Assembly (NCBI GenBank): GCA_963662315.1
Contig: OY759353.1
Coordinates: forward strand, 4,384,001 to 4,448,000
Direction of reading: 5' to 3'
Length of the DNA stretch: 64,000 nt
Source: Geopsychrobacteraceae bacterium
GTDB taxonomy: Bacteria; Desulfobacterota; Desulfuromonadia; Desulfuromonadales; Geopsychrobacteraceae
In this document: piece by piece, positions 11,490 through 22,061 of the stretch
Layout of the letters: each line of letters starts with the position of its first letter
Position numbering within the stretch: the first letter of the stretch is position 1
Notes under the pieces: model-generated
What the model was told of the DNA's origin: nothing
The model's database searches: none
What the model saw: only the letters and a program-made list of their open reading frames with translations
Made by a program: the position numbers and the translations under genes

Positions 11490-11921
11490 TTATCTGCCAA
11501 AGGTTTTCTGCAAGCCCGTTACCAGACTGGCTTTTTCCTGCTTACTGAGCTGGGCTTCCGGGTGAGGAATAACATAAAACCAGGGTGGCATTTCTCCTTC
11601 AAGCACAGCTTTTGCCGCCTCATCCCCTTTATTTTTTTTCTGAACGCCCCAGGCGGAAACATTGAAATGTTCCCGACCTTCAGAGATATCGTGGGCAATC
11701 AGCCAGGATATGGGCGCGTAGTTGCTGTACCAGGGCCATCTCGTAGCGTGGCTATGACAATCTGCGCACGCGCGTGCAAACAGATCTTTAGTCTGGGGAT
11801 TGTCCCAGGCCGGTTCGGCAATAACGGCTGGGTTCGTGTGATCTTTCCCGTAAGGGATGATTTGAATTACCAGCAAAACAACAACGATCACCACAATTGC
11901 TCTTAGGATTTTGCGCAGCAA
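11490..11921 (-). CDS. Haem-binding domain c-type cytochrome
   Basis: CADCH haem motif, WPWYS..APISW..HD..EGR..FN and EMPP motifs; TTG start after AGGAG RBS. Confidence 0.85.
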   Translation of the reverse strand: MLRKILRAIVVIVVVLLVIQIIPYGKDHTNPAVIAEPAWDNPQTKDLFARACADCHSHATRWPWYSNYAPISWLIAHDISEGREHFNVSAWGVQKKNKGDEAAKAVLEGEMPPWFYVIPHPEAQLSKQEKASLVTGLQKTFGR

Positions 11922-12187
11922 GTTCTCCTCCTGTCTGAAGTACACGGTTGTGGTTGCTTTGGAACAGAAAATATTGTCAAAACGAATTATTAACGTAACG
12001 CAATTGTTCAGAAAATCAAAATTAAATGATGATTGTTAGAGGTCCGTGAGATGTTTCGAGATAAAAGAACCAGGGCTGGCACGCAGCTTGACGAGTTGCG
12101 GTGCTGCAGATCTTCCGGATGAGCGGTTATGTCCGACCGTCAATCTGACCGCGTGAAACTGACGATGAGCCGATAATAAACTCACGT

Positions 12188-13924
12188 TCAGAAAGGTCCG
12201 CTGGTCTTTAAGACTTTGCGATTATAGGTCAATAGCAGATCGCTCTTTTTGAGGATGCCGATCAGCATGTGTCCCTTTTCGCTTACCACCGGCAGTGTTG
12301 AAATCTGCTTTCCCTCAAAAAATTCAAAGGCTGTCTCAAAATTATCTGTCGGACGCACAATAATCACCCGGCTGGTCATGATCTCGGAAGCGACAACCAG
12401 CTCACTTAATTCACCAATTTCAGCAATAAAGCTGCGCAAATCACTCATCGACAGGATACCGAGCAGTTGTTTCTGGTCGTTTATGACCGGGAAGTGGGGA
12501 TAATCTGTCGTTTCTGCAATTGCCAGAATTTCACCCAGACGCGTGTCGGGCCTGATGGTTTCAAACTCGGTGGACATGAAATCTCCGACCAGCAGGGAAC
12601 GCAGGAGGTTCACATCATGCCCCCGAACCATTTTAACGCCGCGGCTGAGCAATTTGGTCTCGTAGATGGAGTAGCCATAGTATTTCTGGACCGTCATCAT
12701 GCTGGTGATACAACAGGTCATCAGCGGCAGAATAATCTCGAAGTTGTAGGTCAGCTCAAAAATGGTAAAGATAGCAGTAATCGGGGCCAGGGTTGTTCCT
12801 GCGACAACCGCTCCCATGCCGATCAGGCTGTAAGCGGCGCTGGCCTCTGTATAGGCGGGGAAAAACAGGGTGACACAGTTGCCAAAGATGGCGCCAAGCA
12901 GGGCTCCCAGCACCAGGGACGGCGCAAAAATCCCACCGGAAAATCCGGATCCGACACTTGCCGCGGTCGCCAGCAATTTAAGAACCAGAACTGTCAGTAA
13001 CAGAGACAAAGAGATCTGGCCGGCAAGGGCCAGGTTAATCGATTCGTAGCCAACTCCAAGTATATGCGGCCACTGAATCGCGACGGCGCCAAGGCCAAGC
13101 CCGGCCAAGGCCGGACGCCAGGATATGGGAATTCTGAAACGACTGAAGAGCTGCTCGGTGGTTGAAATACTGCGAATGAAGATAATCGATACGCAACCAG
13201 CGCAGAAGCCGAGGGCTCCATACAAGGGTAATTCCAGATAACTGGCCAGGGTAAAGGACGGAACCTGAAAGGCCGGCAGGTTGCCGAGAAAATGGTGAGA
13301 AATAACCGTTGCTGTGACTGCGGAAATAGCGATGTGACTTAAGTAGCTGACCTGAAAATCAACCAGAATGATTTCCGCGGCAAACAACATCCCGGCCATC
13401 GGGGCGTTGAAGGTTGCAGCGATGCCTGCCGCTGCGCCGCAAGCCAGAAACACCCGTTTCCATTCACTGTTCAGGCCGATAACCTGGGCGAGTGCCGACC
13501 CGACTGCTGAGCCAATGTGGACAACTGGTCCCTCGCGTCCAACTGAGGCCCCACAGCCAATGGATAATGAGGTAAAGAGGGTTTTGAACAGAGCGGTTCG
13601 GTAATGGATGGTGCCGCCGCGGTTAACCACGGCTTCAATCACCTCAGGAACGCCGGCGCCACGGGTTTCCGGACAGAAGCGGGTCATCAGCGGTCCTACA
13701 ATCAGCCCGCCAACAGCAGGAATAACCAGGATCAGGTACCATGGGTAGGAGCTGCCGACTTCGAGCATGGCAAAGGCATCGGGCCAGAAGATATCTGTGG
13801 TGACAATGAGCAGGTAGCGAAAGGCAACGGCAAGGGTGCCGGTCAGCATCCCGATCAGGATGGCAACGATCAACAGGGCGATCAGATTGTCGCGTTCACG
13901 GTCTGGCGTCCATTTCAGTAGCAT
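12188..13924 (-). CDS. ClC chloride channel / H+ antiporter with CBS pair
   Basis: GAGVPEV, GREGP and GGIFAP ClC motifs; C-terminal CBS domains. Confidence 0.93.
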   Translation of the reverse strand: MLLKWTPDRERDNLIALLIVAILIGMLTGTLAVAFRYLLIVTTDIFWPDAFAMLEVGSSYPWYLILVIPAVGGLIVGPLMTRFCPETRGAGVPEVIEAVVNRGGTIHYRTALFKTLFTSLSIGCGASVGREGPVVHIGSAVGSALAQVIGLNSEWKRVFLACGAAAGIAATFNAPMAGMLFAAEIILVDFQVSYLSHIAISAVTATVISHHFLGNLPAFQVPSFTLASYLELPLYGALGFCAGCVSIIFIRSISTTEQLFSRFRIPISWRPALAGLGLGAVAIQWPHILGVGYESINLALAGQISLSLLLTVLVLKLLATAASVGSGFSGGIFAPSLVLGALLGAIFGNCVTLFFPAYTEASAAYSLIGMGAVVAGTTLAPITAIFTIFELTYNFEIILPLMTCCITSMMTVQKYYGYSIYETKLLSRGVKMVRGHDVNLLRSLLVGDFMSTEFETIRPDTRLGEILAIAETTDYPHFPVINDQKQLLGILSMSDLRSFIAEIGELSELVVASEIMTSRVIIVRPTDNFETAFEFFEGKQISTLPVVSEKGHMLIGILKKSDLLLTYNRKVLKTSGPF

Positions 13925-14165
13925 TGTGGCTCCATAAAAATATAGCGGCTGGCAAAGAACGTTATGTGTGTTACAGGCTTAATTGTTTTGAGGAAAGTGT
14001 CGATATAAATAAATGTCCTGTCGCTGCAATTAAGTTTAACTAAACTGGGAAGAAGTGCTGGGAAAAATATGCATATAGAAAAATCTTCAATTTTATTTTA
14101 TGGTTACGTGTTGGTTGATCAATACGCACTACGATCCGAAATGAAAAGCGAAGAGGAAATGACCT

Positions 14166-15434
14166 GTGCCCCTGGTTTATGTTGAAGATCTCAGCCCCGG
14201 AATGATTCTGAACAGTGACCTGCGCTCACCTTCCGGTCGCTTTATTCTTGCGGCTCATAGCATGGTGCGTGAATCTGCCCTGAGTGCACTGCATGCCTGG
14301 GGAGTTGTCGAAGCGGATATTGCAGAGACCAGTCTCAACCCGGCGTACCTTAAAAAGCAGCGTGCCTTAGAGCCCTTTAAAGACCAGGCAGCGCAAGCTC
14401 TTGCTGGGCGATTATCTCTGAATAACCCGGCGCTTGAACCCTTGGCCACACTCTGTCGGCATCTGGTTCAACGGAATGCCCGCCAACTGCAGAAGGGAAT
14501 ACCCGGCGAGGTATTGCCAGCCATCCATCTTGCCGTTCCTGAGACGGAAGTTCCTCCCCCGCTTAAGCTGCCCCTGCTGTTAAGCGGTGTTGCAGAACTG
14601 TTTTCCATCCCCCTGGTTTTCAGCCAGATTGTTGCGTTGCTTGATGATGATTCTTTGTCTGTCGCCAAACTTGCGTCAGTCTTCGATAAAGATCCGGGGT
14701 TGACGGTCAGATTGCTGCGTATGGTTAACAGCCCGCATTATGGGCTCACCAAAAGGGTCGACTCGGTGCCGCGGGCCATCTCTTTGCTGGGCATTGATGA
14801 ACTGAAAAAACTGTCCTTGGGACGCTGTCTGATCAAGGAGTTTGCCGAGCTTCCGGATGGGGTTCTTCCCGCCGAGCAATTCTGGCGACACAGCATTCGT
14901 TGTGGTCTGTTTGCCAGGGCGATTGCCGAACTTATCGAGGTGGATAAGCCACAGCAGTATTTTACTGGTGGCCTGCTTCACGATATCGGGCGCCTGACAA
15001 TGGTGGAACGTATGCCGCAGCAGTATACGGTTGCCATTGTCCGAGCCCGCCAACAAGGGCAGGCGATGTTTCGTGCCGAGCAGGACGTTCTTAAATTGGA
15101 TTACGCCCTGGTCGGACAACTTCTTGGCGAACGTTGGGGACTGGAGCCGACTTTGGTGCGTATGATTGGCGGGCATCACTCCCCGCGTCTGGCCAATTAT
15201 TCACTGCCGGCCTGTATCCTTCATATCGCTGATATTTTTTCTCACCTCAGTGGTCATGAATTGCTGCTGGTGGAGACAGTTCCAGAACTTCAGGAGCGGG
15301 CATGGCAAAAGCTTGAGCTGGATGCGGCTCAACTGGCCCCCCTGTTGGCCCGGGTTGATCAGGAATTTGATGCCGTCATAGAGCTGTTTTTTTCTGATCG
15401 GGAACAGCGCTCCGACTTGTCTGCATCAAGCTGA
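14166..15434 (+). CDS. HDOD-domain signalling protein
   Basis: DPGLTVRLLRMVNSP, FWRHS, GLLHDIG motifs. Confidence 0.9.
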   Translation: MPLVYVEDLSPGMILNSDLRSPSGRFILAAHSMVRESALSALHAWGVVEADIAETSLNPAYLKKQRALEPFKDQAAQALAGRLSLNNPALEPLATLCRHLVQRNARQLQKGIPGEVLPAIHLAVPETEVPPPLKLPLLLSGVAELFSIPLVFSQIVALLDDDSLSVAKLASVFDKDPGLTVRLLRMVNSPHYGLTKRVDSVPRAISLLGIDELKKLSLGRCLIKEFAELPDGVLPAEQFWRHSIRCGLFARAIAELIEVDKPQQYFTGGLLHDIGRLTMVERMPQQYTVAIVRARQQGQAMFRAEQDVLKLDYALVGQLLGERWGLEPTLVRMIGGHHSPRLANYSLPACILHIADIFSHLSGHELLLVETVPELQERAWQKLELDAAQLAPLLARVDQEFDAVIELFFSDREQRSDLSASS

Positions 15435-15447
15435 TTTCTCAAGCAGC

Positions 15448-16950
15448 TTAGTGATGACGGAGCGGAGCTTTACTCTGTTTGCCTGCCGCTTCGGCAATGC
15501 CTCTGAGCATGCCATTAAAGACAAAATGATGAAAAGGCATCACTGCGTACCAGTAGAGCAGCCCGGCCAAGCCCCTCGGTAAAAAATAAGCCGTCTGAAT
15601 CAGCTTAAAGTTCTGATCATCCATCTTTTCGATGCGAAATTGTAAAACCGCTTTGCCGGGCAGCTTCATCTCTGCGGAGAGCAGCAGGAAGTGATTGTCC
15701 TCAATGGCGACAACGCGCCAGAAATCGAGGGCATCACCAGGGTAAAGCTCTTCGGCACTGCGGCGGCCACGGCGCAGGCCAACGCCACCACAGAGTTTAT
15801 CAATGAGTCCGCGCAGCCGCCATAGCCAGTCTGCATAATAATAGCCAACATCCCCGCCGAGTCGTTTGATTGTCGGCCAGATTTCCGCGGGCTGACCTTC
15901 CAGGGTCATGCTGCGGTTATCTGTGAAGACGTGCCCTCCGGCCCACTCCGGGTCACCTTCTATGCGCCATTCTGCCGGTGGTACCTGTCCGGAATCGCTC
16001 CAGGTTGTTTCAATATCATGTTGCCTGATGCGCTCAAGAGCCAGACGGATCGCCTGGCGGGCATCGAACAGTTCCTGAGGGATCAGGTGGGTGATGCGGT
16101 GTTCCCGGCAGATAACCGGATTACTGAGTCCTTCCGCCAACGGTCTGGCAATGGCTGCAGGGACCGGGGTCACCATATGGATCCAGTAGGAGCTTAACCG
16201 TGGGGTCAACACCGGTACTGGGATGATCCAGCGCCGGTGAAGACCGGCTTCTTCAGCATAGATCTGCATTAACTCACGGTAACTGTAGATGTTGCGCTGG
16301 CCGATATCATAAGTCTGGCCGCGCATCTGTGGCTGCTCCAGGCAGCCAATCAGGTAGTGCAGGACATTGCGTATTCCAATCGGCTGGCAGGGGGTGTTGA
16401 CCCAGCGTGGGGTGATCATGACCGGCAGGTGCTCAACCAGATAACGGAGAATTTCAAAAGAGGCGCTGCCAGAACCGATGATCATGGCCGCTCGTAAAAT
16501 GGTTACCGGAACCGGACCTTGTTGCAGGATATCTCCGACTTCTGAACGTGACTGCAGATGGTGACTCAAAGGGCCTTGCTGGTCACCCAGGCCTCCCAGG
16601 TAGATGAGCTGTTCCAGTTGGTTAGCGGTCGCGGCTGTAACCATGTTGGTGGCAGCAATGCGGTCCGTTGCGGCAAAGTCATCAACCTCTGGATGCATGG
16701 AATGGATAAGGTAATAGGCGGCCTGGCAACCGGCCATGGCCTGCATGAGAGAATTCCGATCAAGAATGTCGCCTTTACAGATGGTCAGCTGAGGATGAGT
16801 GGCCCAGGGGCGGGCTGATAATTTCTCTGGATTGCGCGCCAGGGCTTTGACCGCATAGCCCTGATCCAGCAGGCGTGGAATCAGACGGCCGCCAATATAT
16901 CCAGTCGCTCCGGCGATGAAAACAGTCGGCTTTGAATCGTGTTTTATCAT
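15448..16950 (-). CDS. NAD(P)-dependent oxidoreductase, YbjT-like (SDR + DUF2867)
   Basis: GATGYIGG Rossmann motif, IIGSGSASFE, C-terminal LDFWRV..AEMKLPG; ATG at 16950 has GGAGG RBS. Confidence 0.85.
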   Translation of the reverse strand: MIKHDSKPTVFIAGATGYIGGRLIPRLLDQGYAVKALARNPEKLSARPWATHPQLTICKGDILDRNSLMQAMAGCQAAYYLIHSMHPEVDDFAATDRIAATNMVTAATANQLEQLIYLGGLGDQQGPLSHHLQSRSEVGDILQQGPVPVTILRAAMIIGSGSASFEILRYLVEHLPVMITPRWVNTPCQPIGIRNVLHYLIGCLEQPQMRGQTYDIGQRNIYSYRELMQIYAEEAGLHRRWIIPVPVLTPRLSSYWIHMVTPVPAAIARPLAEGLSNPVICREHRITHLIPQELFDARQAIRLALERIRQHDIETTWSDSGQVPPAEWRIEGDPEWAGGHVFTDNRSMTLEGQPAEIWPTIKRLGGDVGYYYADWLWRLRGLIDKLCGGVGLRRGRRSAEELYPGDALDFWRVVAIEDNHFLLLSAEMKLPGKAVLQFRIEKMDDQNFKLIQTAYFLPRGLAGLLYWYAVMPFHHFVFNGMLRGIAEAAGKQSKAPLRHH

Positions 16951-17058
16951 CCTGCCTCCCTTGTCATATGCTGACTTGGCCGCTATTCTGTGTTTAATAG
17001 TCATTATAATCAGATATCCCGACCAAATAAAGTTTCACTATTACGGAGAGGCTAGGCT

Positions 17059-18012
17059 ATGGAAGATAAAATTCGACTGGGAGTCAGCTCCTGTTTGCTG
17101 GGAGCGCAGGTCCGTTTTGACGGTGGACACAAGTTGGATCGCTATCTGCGGGATACATTGGGGGATTATGTCGATTTTGTCCCGGTCTGTGCCGAAGTTG
17201 AAGTTGGTCTGCCGATCCCACGGGAAACCCTGCGTCTGACGCGGGGAGAAGATGGAAGTTCCCGGCTGATGTTTAAGCGCAGTGGTGAGGATATGACCGA
17301 ACGCATGGCCAGCTGGGCCAGAGGACGAGTTGTCGAACTGGAGCAGGAAGATCTGGATGGTTTCGTGTTCAAGTCCAAATCACCGAGCTGCGGTATGGAG
17401 CGGGTGAAGGTTTACGATCATAATGGCGTTCCTCAGAACGTTGGTGTTGGTGCTTTTGCCAAGGTTTTTCAGGAGCATTTTCCTCTACTGCCGGTTGAAG
17501 AAGAGGGGCGCCTGAATGATGCCAAGCTGAGGGAGAACTTTATTACCGCTATTTTTACCCTGCGGCGCTGGCGTCAGTTGGTTAAAAGCGGATCCGGTAT
17601 CGGTGGCCTGGTGACCTTTCATAGCCAGCATAAAATGCTTATCTTGAGCCACAGTGAAAAAATCTACCGCGACATGGGTAAGCTGGTCGCTAATCAGGGT
17701 GGTTTGAACGAGCAGGAATTGTTTGCCCGCTATGTGACCCTGCTGCAAAGCGCACTGCAGAAAAAAAACACAGTCAGTAAACACGTCAATGTTATGCAGC
17801 ATATTATGGGTTATTTCAAAAAGGATCTGGCCAGCGATGAGAAGCAGGAGATTCTCGAGCTGATCGATAATTATCGGCAAAGTCTGGTGCCACTGATTGT
17901 ACCCCTGACGCTGCTGAATCATTACGTGCGAAAATATGATCAGGTCTACCTGAAGCAGCAGGTCTATCTGCAGCCCCACCCGAAAGAACTGAAACTGTTG
18001 AACCATGTATAA
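17059..18012 (+). CDS. DUF523/DUF1722 (YbgA-like, 2-thiouracil desulfurase-type) protein
   Basis: GVSSCLLG..VRFDGGHK, KSPSCG, EEEGRL and H..GYFKK motifs. Confidence 0.9.
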   Translation: MEDKIRLGVSSCLLGAQVRFDGGHKLDRYLRDTLGDYVDFVPVCAEVEVGLPIPRETLRLTRGEDGSSRLMFKRSGEDMTERMASWARGRVVELEQEDLDGFVFKSKSPSCGMERVKVYDHNGVPQNVGVGAFAKVFQEHFPLLPVEEEGRLNDAKLRENFITAIFTLRRWRQLVKSGSGIGGLVTFHSQHKMLILSHSEKIYRDMGKLVANQGGLNEQELFARYVTLLQSALQKKNTVSKHVNVMQHIMGYFKKDLASDEKQEILELIDNYRQSLVPLIVPLTLLNHYVRKYDQVYLKQQVYLQPHPKELKLLNHV

Positions 18013-18020
18013 GTGAAAAG

Positions 18021-18293
18021 TTGGTGTGCAAAAAAATTGATCAGAGCGTTGAAAAAGCCGGAGAGTCCGCAGCTAAGATCGGAAAAAAAGTTGAGGATGC
18101 CGTCCATTCTTCCGTGGAAAAAGCGAAAGAGGCGGCCGAGGCAACCGGTGAGACGGTGGCTGAAGGAGTCGATTCGGCGAAAAAAGCGGCAGCAACTGCG
18201 GGTGAAAAGGTTGAAGGGCAGGTTGAGCAAGCAGGAGAAAAAGTTGAAGAAACGGTCAACAAGCTCAAAGGGATGTTTAAACCTGCTGAATAG
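18021..18293 (+). CDS. Small repetitive A/E/K-rich helical protein
   Basis: Repeated (A)GEKVE-like units; this frame is more plausible than the overlapping K/R-rich frame; start uncertain. Confidence 0.5.
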   Translation: MVCKKIDQSVEKAGESAAKIGKKVEDAVHSSVEKAKEAAEATGETVAEGVDSAKKAAATAGEKVEGQVEQAGEKVEETVNKLKGMFKPAE

Positions 18294-18358
18294 TTTTCGT
18301 GCTTTTCGCATGACCGGCTCTGCCGCCAGCTTTTTTCTGCGTGTAGCCGGTTGTGTGT

Positions 18359-18583
18359 TTATTCCATCACCGGTACCGAAATAAACTCCGCATGGTCATT
18401 TGCCCTTCGCTCATCCCCCTGAAAGTGCTTCTGTCTGAACGATCGAATAGGCCCATCTATGACGTTGACCCAATGATCACTTCTGCGAAATTCCTGAATC
18501 TCACCAAGATAAAGCAGGATATCAAGGAATTTCGGGTCTACAAAATCTTCCTGGCCGTTTTTATAAACAACATGAATTTTCAT
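18359..18583 (-). CDS. GSU3473-family small protein
   Basis: MKIHVVYKNG..D.V....LD.L....EI..FRRSD.WV pattern; AGGAG RBS. Confidence 0.75.
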   Translation of the reverse strand: MKIHVVYKNGQEDFVDPKFLDILLYLGEIQEFRRSDHWVNVIDGPIRSFRQKHFQGDERRANDHAEFISVPVME

Positions 18584-18680
18584 GCAGCTCCTCCTTTAGG
18601 CGGGCAATGCCTGCGAAAGTACGGCAAAGATAGAGTTTACCACAAATTTCGGAGGAGTCTATGGTGCAATAAACGATGAT

Positions 18681-19316
18681 CTAATCAGATGAGGGGGTGG
18701 GGCGGTCTTTATCTCCCTGTTTGTTATACAAGGTTTTTTTGAAGGTTGTCGCGCCATCATTGTCAATGAAATTGGTCGGGCAGACCGTGGCGCAGGCATG
18801 ACAGCTGTTACAGGAGGACTGTTCACTGACATAGCCAACGGCCAGTTCTGGTCCCCGGCCTAAAAATGTCAGTCGCTTGTGGCCGATTTTCCGGCACATG
18901 CTGATACACAGCCCGCACAGGATACAGCCTGCAATATGGTTGGGTTGAGACAGCTCCCCGGCAGGGGGAGCGCCGGTTATTGACGTCAATAATTGTTGTG
19001 CTGTTTGCTTGCGGAATGGTCCCCTGCGGCTCAGGAGTGATGCAGCCAGATAACGTGCCCTGCCAAGGGTCTCTGAATGGGTGCGAATGATCATCCCTTG
19101 CTGAACTTTCAGCAGGCAGGCGTGCTCAACTCGCCACTGTTCCCCCTCGCGGATTTCTACCAGGCACAAACTGCAACGCCCTTGTGGTGGTAGAGCCGGG
19201 TGATAACAGAGATGAGGAATAGTGAAACCGGTCACTAACAGGGTGGTCAGCAACGATTGATGAGGGTCGGCAGTAAGGCTTTTATCATTTACGGTCAGCT
19301 CAACTGAAGTCGTCAT
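18681..19316 (-). CDS. NuoG/HydA N-terminal-like Fe-S subunit (2Fe-2S + 2x4Fe-4S), no catalytic domain
   Basis: IPHLCY....G.CSLC.VE..C; CILCGLC...C and CNSCHAC...CP. Confidence 0.85.
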   Translation of the reverse strand: MTTSVELTVNDKSLTADPHQSLLTTLLVTGFTIPHLCYHPALPPQGRCSLCLVEIREGEQWRVEHACLLKVQQGMIIRTHSETLGRARYLAASLLSRRGPFRKQTAQQLLTSITGAPPAGELSQPNHIAGCILCGLCISMCRKIGHKRLTFLGRGPELAVGYVSEQSSCNSCHACATVCPTNFIDNDGATTFKKTLYNKQGDKDRPTPSSD

Positions 19317-21301
19317 GATGCGTTTCCTCTGGGGATGGGAACGATGCAGGAATGGGGACAGATTTCGATACAGGTTTTGCAGTGAATGCAGATCGCCATA
19401 TTAAAAACGTAGCGACCCGGGCCACTGATGGGGAGCAGTTCAACAGCGTTAACCGGGCAGTATTTATAGCAGGCCAGACAATCGCTGCAGAGCTTTTCGA
19501 CAATCTGGTAACGGATCAGATCATTACATGCCAGAGCCTGACACAGACCGTCGAGATGTTGCTGGAATTCCGCGCCGAAATAGTTCAGAGCCGTTAACAG
19601 GGGATTAACTGCTGTTTTGCCCAGTCCGCAGCGCGAGGTGGCGGCAATGGTCCTGGCCAGGTCAACGATGTCGTTGAGCGTTTCAGTGGTTGCCCGGCGG
19701 CTGATCAGATCGTTAAGCAGATTATGGAGCTGGGCAAGGCCGTCCCTGCAAAACAGGCACTGGCCACACGACTCATTGGCCAGAAATGCAGCAAGTTGTT
19801 GGGTCAGATCAATCATGCAGCGGTGCTTATTCAGGACCACCAGCCCCCCTGAGCCTATCATGGCGCCGGTGGTCTGCAACGTGGAAAAATCGAGGGGAAA
19901 GTCGGAGTAGGGGAGCAGGCCTCCTGACGGGCCACCGATCTGCAGGGCTTTTACCTGCCGAGGTAATGCCCCGCCAATATCTACGACAATTGTTTTCACC
20001 GAAGTGCCAAGTGGGACTTCGATAAACCCGCTTCTGGGGATATCACCGGTCAGGCAGAAAATTTTCGTGCCGGGGCTGTCCGCCGTGCCGGCTTGCTGAA
20101 AACGTTCAGCCCCTTGCGCAACGATCCAGGGAATATTGGCCAGAGTCTCAACATTGTTGATGATTGTCGGGTGCCCCTGAAACCCTTTTTCTGCCGGATA
20201 CGGAGGTCTGCGTATCGGTTCGCCGCGGGTTCCCGCCATAATCTGCAATAAAGCGGTCTCTTCGCCACAGACAAAGGCCCCCCCGCTGCGAATAACAGAC
20301 ATGTCAAGGTCAAATGCGGAGCCCAGAATGCTGCTGCCCAGCAGGCCTGCAGCATAGGCATCATCAAGCGCTTTTTGCAGGCGTGTGATGGAGAGTTCAT
20401 ATTCATTGCGGACAAACAGATAGGCTTGCCGGGCTCCGGTAGCATAGGCCGCGAGAAGCAATCCCTCAATAACCTGATGAGGGTCGCTTTCCAACAGGGT
20501 CCGATTCATGTAGGCACCGGGGTCCCCTTCATCAGCATTGGCCACGACATAACGTATCGGATCTGGCGAGGCTGCTGCTAAGCGCCATTTTTCTGCGGTG
20601 ACAAAGCCACTGCCACCACGACCGCGTAACTTGGCTGCGGCAAGGGTGTTGATGATCAGCTCAGGCTGCCCGCTGGCCAGGGCCCTGGCCAGGGCAAAAT
20701 AGCCACCTGTGGCGACATATTCCGCCAGGCTGCTGGGATCAATCAAACCACAATGGCGACTGATTCTGCGCCGCTGGTGAGCAAAAAAAGAACCCAGACT
20801 GGTATCGATGCTTCTGACCAGCTCAAGGTCGTGAAAGCCTGTCAGCAAGCCTGTTTGCTGCTCCTTCAAAATCATCCAGGCCCCATGCTGAAAGGTCTGT
20901 TTCAGGGCCGTTCGGATGATGGGCCAGTGATTGCTGGTGCCGGCTTTGCCGAACAGATAGTGGTGACCGTCAATAGTACGAATATCGATCAGAGGTTCCG
21001 CGTAACAGGCGCCGATGCACCCCACATGGTAAATATCCGCAGCCTGTTCCAGATCGCGACGGGCTTCCAGCAGCATGGCGCGGATATCTGCTCCGGCTGC
21101 CATGCCGCATGATGCCATGCCGATACCAATACGCACGCGGTGCTCCGGGCACAGGCGCTGTTGGCCGACCATAAACAGTTCTCTGAGTGCGGTGGGGATC
21201 TGCGCGAGTCTGAAACGTTCGGCCATTTCCTGCAGGAGCCTGACGGTCGTCGGTTTCTGTTGCTGTTCATGGTGACGGGCGGCAGAAAGGTTCATGGGCA
21301 T
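19313..21301 (-). CDS. NuoF/HydB-like NADH-binding flavoprotein subunit
   Basis: LRGRGGSGF, NADEGDPG, GAFVCGEET, ESCGQC..CR and C-terminal 2[4Fe-4S] ferredoxin domain. Confidence 0.92.
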   Translation of the reverse strand: MPMNLSAARHHEQQQKPTTVRLLQEMAERFRLAQIPTALRELFMVGQQRLCPEHRVRIGIGMASCGMAAGADIRAMLLEARRDLEQAADIYHVGCIGACYAEPLIDIRTIDGHHYLFGKAGTSNHWPIIRTALKQTFQHGAWMILKEQQTGLLTGFHDLELVRSIDTSLGSFFAHQRRRISRHCGLIDPSSLAEYVATGGYFALARALASGQPELIINTLAAAKLRGRGGSGFVTAEKWRLAAASPDPIRYVVANADEGDPGAYMNRTLLESDPHQVIEGLLLAAYATGARQAYLFVRNEYELSITRLQKALDDAYAAGLLGSSILGSAFDLDMSVIRSGGAFVCGEETALLQIMAGTRGEPIRRPPYPAEKGFQGHPTIINNVETLANIPWIVAQGAERFQQAGTADSPGTKIFCLTGDIPRSGFIEVPLGTSVKTIVVDIGGALPRQVKALQIGGPSGGLLPYSDFPLDFSTLQTTGAMIGSGGLVVLNKHRCMIDLTQQLAAFLANESCGQCLFCRDGLAQLHNLLNDLISRRATTETLNDIVDLARTIAATSRCGLGKTAVNPLLTALNYFGAEFQQHLDGLCQALACNDLIRYQIVEKLCSDCLACYKYCPVNAVELLPISGPGRYVFNMAICIHCKTCIEICPHSCIVPIPRGNAS

Positions 21302-21768
21302 TTGTCCTGTTCGCCCGTTAAGCGGCTCTGGTTGATCAATTCATGCAATTCCATGGCGGCTTGCCTGGGTTTGATATTTCCGGCCAGTTTGCCGTTAATG
21401 CTGATCACGGGAGCTAGGCTGCATGCCCCGACACATTGAACTTTTTCAAGGGTCACCAGGCCGTCAAGAGACGTGCCGTCCTCATCCAGCTCAAGTTCAC
21501 TGGCCAGACGCTTATAAATGGTTTCTGCCCCGCGGGCATAGCAGGGCGTGCCGCAGCAGACGGAAAGACGGTTTTTCCCTGGTTTTCTGGTCCTTAAAGA
21601 GGTGAAAAAGCTCAACAGACCGTGTAGCTCAGCTAACGGTAGGCCTGTTTCATTCGCAAGCAGAATCAGGTCCTCTTCTGCAATGAATTGTTTTTTATCC
21701 AGAAATTCATGAAACCGATTGATGATAAATGTTGTGGATGTGTGTTGATTGCTCATGGTGGCGCTCAT
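21292..21768 (-). CDS. NuoE/HydC-like 2Fe-2S subunit
   Basis: C.GTPC ... CVGACSLAPV motif. Confidence 0.9.
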   Translation of the reverse strand: MSATMSNQHTSTTFIINRFHEFLDKKQFIAEEDLILLANETGLPLAELHGLLSFFTSLRTRKPGKNRLSVCCGTPCYARGAETIYKRLASELELDEDGTSLDGLVTLEKVQCVGACSLAPVISINGKLAGNIKPRQAAMELHELINQSRLTGEQDKCP

Positions 21769-22061
21769 CTCTTGATTATTCAGGTTTCAATGTGGTTGGT
21801 TCATCTCTTACTGTCACTATACTTTTGCCGTGATAACGAGGTAAACCATTTTAGTTGACTTTAGTAGATGTGTTTTGTTTGACGCAAGGTATTGACAGTA
21901 AAACAGTCAATAATAAGAGATTTTGAAACCATATTGGTTAGTATGCTTTAATAGAAAAATATTGATATTTTGACAAATTTAATTTATGGTTTGATCTAGT
22001 TAATGCAAGGAAATTTCTGCAATCTCTAAACACCTAATAATAGTTGGAACAGGAGAGCTAA

